Shown here piece after piece: positions 31,736 through 39,914 of a stretch of DNA of 64,000 nucleotides. Every line of letters begins with the position of its first letter. Within the stretch, counting starts at the first letter, position 1. Origin of the DNA: Alkalispirochaeta sp. (GTDB taxonomy: Bacteria > Spirochaetota > Spirochaetia > DSM-27196 > Alkalispirochaetaceae); NCBI GenBank assembly GCA_965242725.1, contig CBDESZ010000027.1:59922-123921 (forward strand), read 5' to 3'. Below the pieces are notes generated by a model. It worked only from the letters and a program-made list of their open reading frames with translations. It made no database searches and was not told where the DNA came from. The position numbers and the translations under genes are program-made.

Positions 31736-33073
31736 TCATCGGGAGGGCTCGGCCCGCTCCGGCGCCGCCGGCTTGTCGGCAAAAAAGAGCATGACAAAGA
31801 ATACGACCGCCAGTGCACCGGTTAACGCCGAGGCGGCGCCGTAGCTTCCGAAAAGGGTGAGGGCGACGCTGAAGAGGTATGGCCCGACCGCCGACCCGGC
31901 AACGCTCCACCCCATGGCAAAGCCTGAAATCCGGCCGAGATTCTTCGTACCGTAGAAGCGTGGCCACGGCACATTGATAATGATGCCGAACATCCCGCCG
32001 TTGATGCCGTTACCGATGATGAGCAGCAGCACCGTCAGGGGTGTGGAGAGGAAAAAGACCGCCACCGTGCTGATGATAATCCCCACCCCCTGGAGAAGCG
32101 CGAGGTATTTCAATTTCACAAAGTCGCTGATCCATCCACCTGCAAAGTTGAGTACCAGGGCGATAAACGAAGCGGGAAGAAAAATGGCAACAGCCTGATC
32201 CCGGGACATGCCCGCCTCGGCAAAGACGGAAACGATGTGAAAGGTGAGCCCCGTAAAGTACATGCTCGCAAGTGTGACCACCCCGACAAATACCCAGAAT
32301 GTGTACGTCCGTTGTGCTTCCCGCAAAGTGAATTCGGCGCTTGGATATAACTCGGGCGCCCGCCGTCCCGCTTGTGGTGTATATCCGCCGTCGGGCAGAA
32401 GGCCGCACTCCTGCGGATTGTCCCGGGAGAAAAGGAGAAAGGCCGCGGCAAATGGTACGGCGACCAGAATTCCCAGAACCCGCCACGCTCCCTGCCATTC
32501 AAACTGGTTGATCATCGCGTTGAAGACCACAGGAGACGACGAAAATCCTACCGTCGTGGCCACGCCGACGAGCGCATTGGCGAGCCCCCGGCGCGTCACA
32601 AACCACTTGAGCACCATGTTGCGTGAAACGAGGGCGAGCATCCCCTGACCAAAAAACCGGAGGAAGAAAAACCCGACGGTGATCAGGACGAATGCGAGGG
32701 ACGCCTGCGGGACCATCGGAATCAGCCGTCCCATTCCCGCTGTAAGTTCAGGAACAATGGAGAGCGTCCACAACACAAGCCCGAGGGCAACGGCTACCAC
32801 CGTTCCCACCAGACGGGCACCGTGAAGGTCGTAGAGCCGCCCGGCGTGGGACAGGATAAAGGAGCTTGTCAATGTACCTATCAGGTAGGCAAGACTGAGG
32901 TTGATACGGGATATCGCCAGGTCCCGTATCAGAAAATCGGTAAAGGCCGATACCCCGACGGTCTGGCCGGGGGCGCTCATAAGGACGCCGACGGTACCTA
33001 CCGCGAGGATAATCCATCCATAGAAAAAGGGTTTCGACGAAGGTCGAAACGGGACATGTGGTGGTAAATGCAT
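31736..33073 (-). CDS. MFS transporter
   Basis: About twelve hydrophobic segments, GRLYDLHGAR and GWISD loop motifs. Confidence 0.9.
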   Translation of the reverse strand: MHLPPHVPFRPSSKPFFYGWIILAVGTVGVLMSAPGQTVGVSAFTDFLIRDLAISRINLSLAYLIGTLTSSFILSHAGRLYDLHGARLVGTVVAVALGLVLWTLSIVPELTAGMGRLIPMVPQASLAFVLITVGFFFLRFFGQGMLALVSRNMVLKWFVTRRGLANALVGVATTVGFSSSPVVFNAMINQFEWQGAWRVLGILVAVPFAAAFLLFSRDNPQECGLLPDGGYTPQAGRRAPELYPSAEFTLREAQRTYTFWVFVGVVTLASMYFTGLTFHIVSVFAEAGMSRDQAVAIFLPASFIALVLNFAGGWISDFVKLKYLALLQGVGIIISTVAVFFLSTPLTVLLLIIGNGINGGMFGIIINVPWPRFYGTKNLGRISGFAMGWSVAGSAVGPYLFSVALTLFGSYGAASALTGALAVVFFVMLFFADKPAAPERAEPSR

Positions 33074-33084
33074 TGTCGTGATTC

Positions 33085-35073
33085 TCACTTTCCGGTGGTG
33101 CGGAGGAGCCGCTCCGCGAGTATATCCCAATCCACGGGGAAAAGGATAGGTGGTCGGGGTCGCCCGACGCCCCTGATCGGCAGGGCCCGCGCCGTCGACA
33201 CCGCAGACCGCCATTGAACGGGAAAGCCCGATCCGCCGTAGACGGCGCCGAGCAGCGCCCCCGCGACGGCTGCATTGGTGTCCGTGTCGCCGCCGCGACG
33301 CACAGTGTCGATCACGCCCGATGCCGCGTTCGACGCATTGAGAAGCTGATACAGGGTGTTCTGCCAGGCGATTCGCACCCAGCCCTGCCGGCCCATATAG
33401 TCCTCGGGCGGATGCACTCCCGCCTCACGGGTCCACCGTGTAACCTCGTCGGGAATATCCCCCTCCGACGCCCGTGACATGACCGTCTCATAGAGCTCTC
33501 CGGGGGTGAATGCGTGGAATTCCGACGTTTCATCCTCTTCTCCCCTTCCTGCCACGGCTGTGGCGACGGCATAGAGATAGAGGACGTTCACGGCCAGGCA
33601 GTTCTCATGCACGTGTGTAATGGCGGCGTCGGAGCGTGCGGCGTCTTCCCATTTGGAGAGATGGCTGATGTCGCCGGCGGCGGCGATCGCCATGGGGCTG
33701 ATACGCATGAGCGCCCCGTTTGCCTGGCTCTGCGGACGGGGATGCCCCTCCAGCGCCGATCTGACCGTGCCGCCCGCATCAAAGGGTTCCGTCGCCAGCC
33801 ACCACCGATACGCCTCCTCGACAAACTCCCGCCGATACCCCCTGTGAGCGACGATTGAACGCGCGAGAAGCAAAGCCATTTCCGTATCGTCCGTGGGCTG
33901 ACCGGCGATCGTCCCATAGGCGCCGCCGTCGGAGAGACGTTTCGGCCCGTCACCGTATCTTGCGGTAATCTCATCGGGGGTGAGGGACTCCACGAGGGAC
34001 CCGAGAGAATCACCGGCGCACTGGCCCAACAGGACACCCTGGGCCCTGTCCAGGAGACCCGGCGGCACCGGCGTTCCGTCCGAGGTCAGGGGATGAGCCC
34101 GTGCGGCCAGGCTGAGTCCGTCGGGAATACTTCCAATGGTGACGGTACCGCCTCGGTCGGGAACAGTATCACGTCGGCGCTCGGGGGACCCGGCACCAAA
34201 GATCTCAGCCCAGTCCTTCCAGGCGAGGTGTTCAACCACATCCCGTCGCCCTCCAAAGTATGCAGGCGACGGTGTACACGTACCGTCCTCGTCGTACCTG
34301 ACCGGTTCGACATCGGCAGTATAGAGCTCATATCCCGCTCCCCGGAGAAGGGCGTGCCCCCCTGCCATATCCCATGAAAAGGGTGCCGTCAGCGTAACAG
34401 CGGCGGCACCCTCCCCTGCCGCGGTCAATGCCAGCCGGCAGGCAATACCTACCACCGCCCGGAATCGATAGGGTTGGGTAAATTCCGCGTTTTTCAGTGC
34501 CTTGCCGTCGGCCTTATGGGAGATTAGAACGGGCGGAAAGACGTGATCGTGGGCTGTCTGCCCCGCCGGGACGGCGAAATCCGCGGAATGTTGACGTCCG
34601 GGGCTCCACCGGCGGAGGGGCTCTCCTTCCGCCCAAGAGAAGATATCACCATAGTCCGTCGGCGCATTGTAGGCGTACACAACTCCCACCACGGGAACTC
34701 CGGCAACGACCAGCGCAATCGAGATCGACGCGCCCCGATATCCCCCCTGAAATGCGCTCGTGCCGTCGTTGGGATCGACAATCCATATCGGTGCAGGTTC
34801 AACGTCCACATCTCTGTGGCGCGACGCCGATTTGTCCGCGGGGGTTATTCCCGTCTCCTCACCCAGGTACCGGTACGACGGAAAAGATGCGAGGAGTTCC
34901 TGCCGGATGAACACTTCCACTTCATCGTCCACATCGGCTTTTCCCCGCTCTCCCCGGGGACCACCGGGGAGATAAAACTCTTCCCGCAATCGTCTACCCG
35001 CCTTCAGCGCGACGGACTCCGCCGTTCGACGTTCCTCATTCCATGTTCCCGATAAATCCCCCACACTATCCAT
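33085..35073 (-). CDS. Inositol monophosphatase family / ADP-ribosylglycohydrolase fusion protein
   Basis: N-half GEE, WIVDPNDGT, WDMAGG; C-half GDSLG, TDDTE, GDTDTNAA. Confidence 0.88.
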   Translation of the reverse strand: MDSVGDLSGTWNEERRTAESVALKAGRRLREEFYLPGGPRGERGKADVDDEVEVFIRQELLASFPSYRYLGEETGITPADKSASRHRDVDVEPAPIWIVDPNDGTSAFQGGYRGASISIALVVAGVPVVGVVYAYNAPTDYGDIFSWAEGEPLRRWSPGRQHSADFAVPAGQTAHDHVFPPVLISHKADGKALKNAEFTQPYRFRAVVGIACRLALTAAGEGAAAVTLTAPFSWDMAGGHALLRGAGYELYTADVEPVRYDEDGTCTPSPAYFGGRRDVVEHLAWKDWAEIFGAGSPERRRDTVPDRGGTVTIGSIPDGLSLAARAHPLTSDGTPVPPGLLDRAQGVLLGQCAGDSLGSLVESLTPDEITARYGDGPKRLSDGGAYGTIAGQPTDDTEMALLLARSIVAHRGYRREFVEEAYRWWLATEPFDAGGTVRSALEGHPRPQSQANGALMRISPMAIAAAGDISHLSKWEDAARSDAAITHVHENCLAVNVLYLYAVATAVAGRGEEDETSEFHAFTPGELYETVMSRASEGDIPDEVTRWTREAGVHPPEDYMGRQGWVRIAWQNTLYQLLNASNAASGVIDTVRRGGDTDTNAAVAGALLGAVYGGSGFPVQWRSAVSTARALPIRGVGRPRPPILFPVDWDILAERLLRTTGK

Positions 35074-35095
35074 TTCTCCACGGTACTACAAAACG

Positions 35096-35124
35096 TTGAC
35101 GGACGGGAAACCCCTCGGTAGTAT
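35096..35124 (+). promoter_or_regulatory. Sigma70-type promoter of tRNA-Leu(TAA)
   Basis: TTGACG-17 nt-TAGTAT. Confidence 0.6.
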
Positions 35125-35154
35125 ATGTCCTCGTCCGGCGGTCCGCCGGCCGTC

Positions 35155-35240
35155 GCCGGAGTGGTGGAATTGGTAGACACAGGAGACTTAAAATCTCCCG
35201 GACCGTAAGGTCTGTGCCCGTTCAAGTCGGGTCTCCGGCA
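35155..35240 (+). tRNA. tRNA-Leu (TAA)
   Basis: GCCGGAG/CTCCGGC acceptor stem, GGAGA-CT-TAA-AA-TCTCC, long variable arm. Confidence 0.95.
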
Positions 35241-35483
35241 GAAGGCGCGTACCGCAGGCGCAATGCGCCGAGGAACGCGCCGCCTCATGTTTCAATGTTC
35301 GACATCACCGAGTCGTGTGCGCCGTTGTTCGCCGCGGATCGGTAGCGCGGCGGATCAAGTCGGGTCTCCGGCAGAAGGCGATTCGGCGCCAGCCGATATC
35401 GCCGAGCAGAAGGTTAACCGCGTCAGCGGTTATACCGTTGAAAAGGCGCGTACCGCAGGCGCAATGCGCCGAGAAACGCGCCG
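35222..35483 (+). repeat. Interleaved direct repeats of the tRNA 3' end and its downstream hairpin (att-like)
   Basis: 26-bp exact repeat at 35222-35247 and 35355-35380; 41-bp repeat with one mismatch at 35242-35282 and 35443-35483. Confidence 0.9.
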
Positions 35484-35526
35484 AAATACGATGGATCGGA
35501 ATCCGGCTGTGCGATACATTATCGCC

Positions 35527-36192
35527 ATGCGGTCATTGTTCGTTGTACCGATAATTACGGCAACTGCTGTACTGTCCACCCTGCTCCTCTACATCGCATG
35601 GTCTCTTTCCCTGATGAGCGGGAGATCGCTATTCGATACATCGCCAAACCGCCCACCCCGGTCCGTGCAGCCCGACACACAATCGGCCCCCGCGCCGTCG
35701 CCGCCCATTTCGTCGGAGGAACAGACCGAGAGTGCCGACAACGCTTCGATCGAATTATCGTCGCCGCGGGACGATCTGGAAATATCTCAACATATTCCCT
35801 CGGGAATGACATATGACGAAGTACGCCGACTCTTGCCGGGGTTGTCGGAGCTGCAACAAGGTGAAGGCATATCCGCTGCGTATGCGACGATGCCGACGGA
35901 CATTCTGGGATATCCCTTCGTCCTCACGATAGACTTTCGCGAGTCGACGGTACACGACGTTACGTATTCGTATAGTCCCGATGCAGATTACAACCACATC
36001 ATGGAAGTTCTGGAGGCAATTGCATCGTATCTCGAGAGTGATGTCGGTGATCCGTACATCGAACCGACGACGACGGAAACCGGAAACAGACTGGAGTACT
36101 ATCGCCTGATCGGCGGTTCCGTCATCGTCGATGCAACGGTCGTCTCCACATTAACCTCAAGTCGGCTCTCGTTGCATATTCGTTCGCAATGA
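35527..36192 (+). CDS. Hypothetical protein with N-terminal membrane anchor
   Basis: Hydrophobic N-terminus, Pro/Ser linker, globular C-terminus; ATG 35527 preferred over the tracked start inside the repeats. Confidence 0.6.
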   Translation: MRSLFVVPIITATAVLSTLLLYIAWSLSLMSGRSLFDTSPNRPPRSVQPDTQSAPAPSPPISSEEQTESADNASIELSSPRDDLEISQHIPSGMTYDEVRRLLPGLSELQQGEGISAAYATMPTDILGYPFVLTIDFRESTVHDVTYSYSPDADYNHIMEVLEAIASYLESDVGDPYIEPTTTETGNRLEYYRLIGGSVIVDATVVSTLTSSRLSLHIRSQ

Positions 36193-36243
36193 ACCGCTAT
36201 CGCGCCGGCTACCACTTCTCTTCCATCATATGCCGAATCTACA

Positions 36244-36630
36244 TCACCTCTCTTCACGAAACAGCAACTTCAGGGCGTACTCCTCATCGCGGGTTGCCGC
36301 GATATCAATATCCTGACGCTTGAAGGCAAGCACGGCCATTTCGAAACTACGGTCGCCGGGGTCGGCCAGGACTACCCGCCTGAGTCCTTTTAATTCTTCA
36401 TAAAATGGAATACTGTCCGGCCGCGCGTGCCTCACGTGTCCGTGAAACCCGCCGATATTTCGCCCCTTCCGCATGTCATAGAGGACCCGCTTCACACCGG
36501 TCTCTTTCACCAGTTGTACGATTTGCTCATACACCCGGGGCCGTATTTTGTAGTCAAAATCCCCATGGAATTCAACAACGATGTAGCGACCGTCTTCCGA
36601 AAGCCGGACATCGTAACTGTCACTTTCCAT
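36244..36630 (-). CDS. Hypothetical protein, possibly STAS/SpoIIAA-like fold
   Basis: YIVVEFHG, RVLYDMR, EEYALKLL pattern; the fold is inferred. Confidence 0.55.
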   Translation of the reverse strand: MESDSYDVRLSEDGRYIVVEFHGDFDYKIRPRVYEQIVQLVKETGVKRVLYDMRKGRNIGGFHGHVRHARPDSIPFYEELKGLRRVVLADPGDRSFEMAVLAFKRQDIDIAATRDEEYALKLLFREER

Positions 36631-36696
36631 CACATTAATGTAATGCCTGCGGTCTCGATGATCCACCTGTAAGGTACGACGGAAACGACATAGTCG

Positions 36697-38175
36697 TCAC
36701 TCGTCGGAAACGGTGACAGTAAGTGAATACGGCACGTATGGATCGGAGTGGTCGTTGGCGCTGGTGATACAAAGGTAATAGTCGCCTTCCTGCTCGGCCG
36801 TATGTAGGGGACTCACAATATCAGCGGGTTCCGTTAACGTATATTTGTCCCATATTACGGTCGTGAAGTCGCCGGGACCGTACAAATCAACCGCCGGATC
36901 CACCGGGCTCGTCGGTTGGGTCACATGTATCTGAATAGTCGCGCCGGCGGCCACCGTTATAACGTACCAGTCCTCATCCTCTTCGTGTGAGATATACCCT
37001 TCCTGCGGGACTCCAGCAGCCATTAAGACGGCGCCGGTGGAACCGTTATTTGCGGGCTCCCGTTCTTCAGCTTCCGGTTCACGGACCTTCACGACGGTAA
37101 TCGCATAAGGTGTTGCCGGATCGGTGTGATCGTTGGCGCTGGTCACACGGAGGTAATAATCACCGTCCTGCGCAGCCAGTTGCCACTCACTTACAATCTC
37201 CGCAGGTTCGTTTAACGTATATTTCTTCCACGCTTCGGAGCTGAAATTGCCGGGGGCAAAGAGTTCAACGTACGGTTCAACCGGACTGTCCGGCTGGGTT
37301 GCCGTAATTTGAATGAGATCACCCGCGGTCAGCGAGACGACGTACCAGTCCTCATCGGTCTCGTGGGATATATACCCGCCGTCTGAAAGACCGGCCGCCA
37401 GCGGAACCGCTCCGGAGAAGGCGTCGTTTTCGGGCTCCCGGCCGGCGGGTTCCGGTTCACTCTCCGTGACGACGGTAAGGGCATAGGGCACGGAAGGATC
37501 ATAGTGGTCGTTGGCACTGGTCACACAGAGATAATAGTCGCCGCTCATCTCGGCCAGCTGCCATTCGCTCACGATCTGCGCCGGTTCGGTCAGCGTGTAT
37601 TTTCGCCAGACTTCCGTCGTGATGTCCGTCGGTGTGAAGAGGCGCACGTCGGGATCGACGTCACTTTCCGGCTGGGTAAGGGTGATCCTGAGCAACTCAC
37701 CGCCGGGGAGGGAAAGAGCGTACCAGTCCTCTTCACCGGGGACCGAAATGAACCCGGGGGACGCGGAATCGATAGAGAGCGGGACGGCCCCGGGTACAAC
37801 AACACCCAGCGGCGCCCGCACCGTCAGCACTGCCGATCGGGATACCACCACCGTCCCGTCGCTGACTCGCACCTGAATGGTATAGTCCGTCTCAACGGCA
37901 GGACAGAAGTTGAAGATACAGCAATCCTCGGTTTCCCCGTCGACTATCACATCATCGACATACCACGTAATGACGAGGGAGTCGCCGTCGGGATCGCCGG
38001 CAGCGACCTCAAAAGAAAAATCACTCCCGTTGTCAACGACGGCGATGTCGGTGTTCAGGGAAACAGTGGGTGGCGTGTTCGTTTCACGCGGCCGATCGTC
38101 TCCGGTCGGGGGCGCGCACCCCCCGAGAGAAATAAGAATGACGAACCACATGACGGTCCCGGCATGCCTTTTCAT
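36697..38175 (-). CDS. Lipoprotein with an Ig-like domain and three tandem PPC-like repeats
   Basis: LGGC lipobox, DPDGD motif, three units of about 120 aa containing G(F/Y)IS....EDWY and GDYYL..TSANDH. Confidence 0.75.
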   Translation of the reverse strand: MKRHAGTVMWFVILISLGGCAPPTGDDRPRETNTPPTVSLNTDIAVVDNGSDFSFEVAAGDPDGDSLVITWYVDDVIVDGETEDCCIFNFCPAVETDYTIQVRVSDGTVVVSRSAVLTVRAPLGVVVPGAVPLSIDSASPGFISVPGEEDWYALSLPGGELLRITLTQPESDVDPDVRLFTPTDITTEVWRKYTLTEPAQIVSEWQLAEMSGDYYLCVTSANDHYDPSVPYALTVVTESEPEPAGREPENDAFSGAVPLAAGLSDGGYISHETDEDWYVVSLTAGDLIQITATQPDSPVEPYVELFAPGNFSSEAWKKYTLNEPAEIVSEWQLAAQDGDYYLRVTSANDHTDPATPYAITVVKVREPEAEEREPANNGSTGAVLMAAGVPQEGYISHEEDEDWYVITVAAGATIQIHVTQPTSPVDPAVDLYGPGDFTTVIWDKYTLTEPADIVSPLHTAEQEGDYYLCITSANDHSDPYVPYSLTVTVSDE

Positions 38176-38402
38176 GATCGTCCCCTTGTAAGGAAGATGC
38201 AAAAGGTGCCCATCCGATGTTGTCGTATACTTCCATTATACGACACCTTCCCGCGATTACCAGCGCCGACACACGATTTCCGGCAGGATGCGCGTATCCG
38301 GCCGCTCGCCACGAAGTTCCTTTGCGCGTCTTCTCTACATGTCGTTATTGCGGCGAATCAATGTCGGCGGAAATTTCGTACAGAAACAGTACAGATCCGT
38401 AT

Positions 38403-38936
38403 TTACGCTTTCATCGAAACATTGTGTTGGTAGGCAAGATCCCGCCGGGCGGTTCGCATTAACCGATACGCCTCCGCGGCAACCCGCATATCAGCGGTGG
38501 AAGGATTTCCCGGGGCAGTTGCCGCCGCGTAAATCGTCCGCGCCTTCTGCAAGGTCGCACGGGGATCGCCCGGTACCTCTGCCATATCGACGGCGATGCG
38601 TCCGCCGACGGCAACCGTCTCACCTCCCGGCGCCCTGCGGGTTTCGTAGATGACGTCGGATGCTGCGTATCCGCCGAGAGCGCTCTGATGCGCACGTTCA
38701 TGACTGCGGACTTCCCGGTCCCGCGCATGCGCTTCCGGGGTAAGGGTGAGCCGGTAGTCGGTCCCCGAAACGTCGATACCGGTAGAATCTCTGCCGTCGG
38801 ACGGGGTTTCCGAAGAACCTTCATGCTCTCCCGATCCGGTGCGAATGATGACAACTGGGATTCGCCTCGTAGGCTCGTCGGTATGCGGCGGTATCGGTGG
38901 AGGTCGGTATCTTTCGTCGGCGTATACAATACGCAT
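38403..38936 (-). CDS. SprA-related family protein
   Basis: RDREVRSHERAH, AVGGRIAVD, AATAPGNPSTADMRVA. Confidence 0.8.
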   Translation of the reverse strand: MRIVYADERYRPPPIPPHTDEPTRRIPVVIIRTGSGEHEGSSETPSDGRDSTGIDVSGTDYRLTLTPEAHARDREVRSHERAHQSALGGYAASDVIYETRRAPGGETVAVGGRIAVDMAEVPGDPRATLQKARTIYAAATAPGNPSTADMRVAAEAYRLMRTARRDLAYQHNVSMKA

Positions 38937-39134
38937 TCGTACAATGATCCTCAACGCTCATTGTACGGGGGGACTCCTCATTACACAACCGTATGTTTCG
39001 GTATGACGTGAGTCAAAGGAGCGGGCGCGGCCTTCCGTGACCGTACTTCCCGCAGCACCCCTCCGCAGCTCTTCAGTACCAATGGCACGGGAAACATAGT
39101 ACAATCAATTGCGTCAGTCGTTTGATGATAAGGA

Positions 39135-39680
39135 GTGTCGGTGCGTCACATTGCGTTATTGCGGGGCATCAACGTGGGAGGAAACAACAAGGTTCCCATG
39201 GCGGAGCTGCGTGCAGCCCTGGAGAACGACGGGTTTACCGCCGTACAGAGCTACATCGCCTCGGGAAACATTCTTCTTTCTGCCGACGGGACGTCCCTTG
39301 AAGAGGTACAAATGCGTTTTGAGCGATTGCTTGAGACGACGTTTTCCGTTTCCACGCGGGTCCTCGTGATTCCCGAGACGCGATTTCTGCCGATCGCCGC
39401 CGCCCTGCCCGGGGATTGGCACAATGACTCCGACCACAAGTCGGACGTCATTTTTCTCTTTCCGGAAGACGATACGCCCGCTATTCGTGGTACCCTCGCA
39501 CCCCGGGACGGAATAGACGAGACGATCTATGTACCCGGGGCCGTCCTGTGGCGCGTCCCTCGCCGATTCCAGACGAAATCGGCCCTCAACAAGCTCGTCG
39601 GTACAAAAACATACCGCAATGTAACGATCCGTAACGCCAATACCGTCAGAAAACTGCAGCAGATGCTGCAGGGATCATAA
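39135..39680 (+). CDS. DUF1697 family protein
   Basis: ALLRGINVGG, YIASGN, TIRN; likely start GTG 39141. Confidence 0.88.
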   Translation: MSVRHIALLRGINVGGNNKVPMAELRAALENDGFTAVQSYIASGNILLSADGTSLEEVQMRFERLLETTFSVSTRVLVIPETRFLPIAAALPGDWHNDSDHKSDVIFLFPEDDTPAIRGTLAPRDGIDETIYVPGAVLWRVPRRFQTKSALNKLVGTKTYRNVTIRNANTVRKLQQMLQGS

Positions 39681-39914
39681 CCGGACCGACCACGTTTCCG
39701 TTTTTTTCAGATCGAACCATCCGGTTCTGCCCGCCTCTTCACTCCACCCACCGTGCAATCCGGATCGACCGGATCCCGAAATCACCACCTTGTGTAACTT
39801 TGTGCCCCGTCGATTGCTTTACATGCGGATTGTATGAAATGAATTCTCTTTCTACGGGACCCATTGTTCATTCCCACCATTCCCCGGTGGGATTCCTCAA
39901 GGAGGCATAAACAC

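Noticed and set aside
35263..35526. N-terminal extension of the tracked 309-aa ORF
   Set aside because: It runs through the att-like repeats; ATG 35527 has a promoter-like sequence and starts a hydrophobic anchor
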